From Camelus ferus (lineage: Eukaryota), in NCBI RefSeq assembly GCF_009834535.1, contig NC_045696.1, positions 11,782,001 to 11,846,000 of the forward strand: a stretch of DNA of 64,000 bases, read 5' to 3'. Numbering within the stretch: position 1 is the stretch's first letter; each line of letters starts with the position of its first letter. Of the stretch, positions 63,721 through 64,000 are shown piece by piece. Position numbers and translations under genes: made by a program. The notes below the pieces were generated by a model, which saw only the letters and a list, made by a program, of their open reading frames with translations, ran no database searches and was not told the DNA's origin.

Positions 63721-63909
63721 TTGACAGTCACTCTGCTGCATTATAAAATAAAACTTTTGAATTTTATTTAAAGCTAGTAATTAAAAAAATTGAAGTATAG
63801 TTGATTTACAAAGCTAATAATTTTGATTGAGGCTTTCTACTCATTGCTAAGTGGCTTCAGAGTTCAAACCTTCAGTGCCATCCACCTGCTCAAGCCGGGT
63901 CCTAAGGTT

Positions 63910-64000
63910 GGTTCTTAGGGTTGCACTAACAAAGTCCTACAAACTGGATGACTTCAAAGAACTCAGATTTATTCTATCACAGTTCTGGAGGCTACAAATC
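63910..64000 (-). mobile_element. MLT1 LTR, cut by the window edge
   Basis: CAAACTGGATGACTTCAAA...ATTTATTCTATCACAGTTCTGGAGGCTA. Confidence 0.7.

Overview
Mammalian genomic DNA, very probably a camelid, judged from about 10 copies of a tRNA-Ala-derived vic-1-type SINE plus cetartiodactyl-type L1 3' ends. No intact protein-coding exon is recognisable. The central feature is a ~2 kb CpG-island promoter (~23470-25480) with two CCAAT-box clusters, an ATG-less + strand first exon ending at a GTGAGT donor (24183) and a second candidate exon ending at a GTAAGT donor (25325). The ~39 kb downstream looks like the long first intron of a gene I cannot name. It holds a dead RPL35 processed pseudogene (59816-60257) inserted into a MER5A-like element. 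The rest is ordinary repeat-rich sequence: L1, L2, MIR, MaLR/ERVL LTRs, hAT MITEs and microsatellites. Repeat family names are from recalled consensus sequences, not a database search, and old-repeat boundaries are approximate. I found no convincing novel biological system. The most unusual local structures are a G-rich tract in place of the retrocopy's poly(A) tail, an exact 37-bp-period AGGTCA/E-box array, and the promoter architecture.
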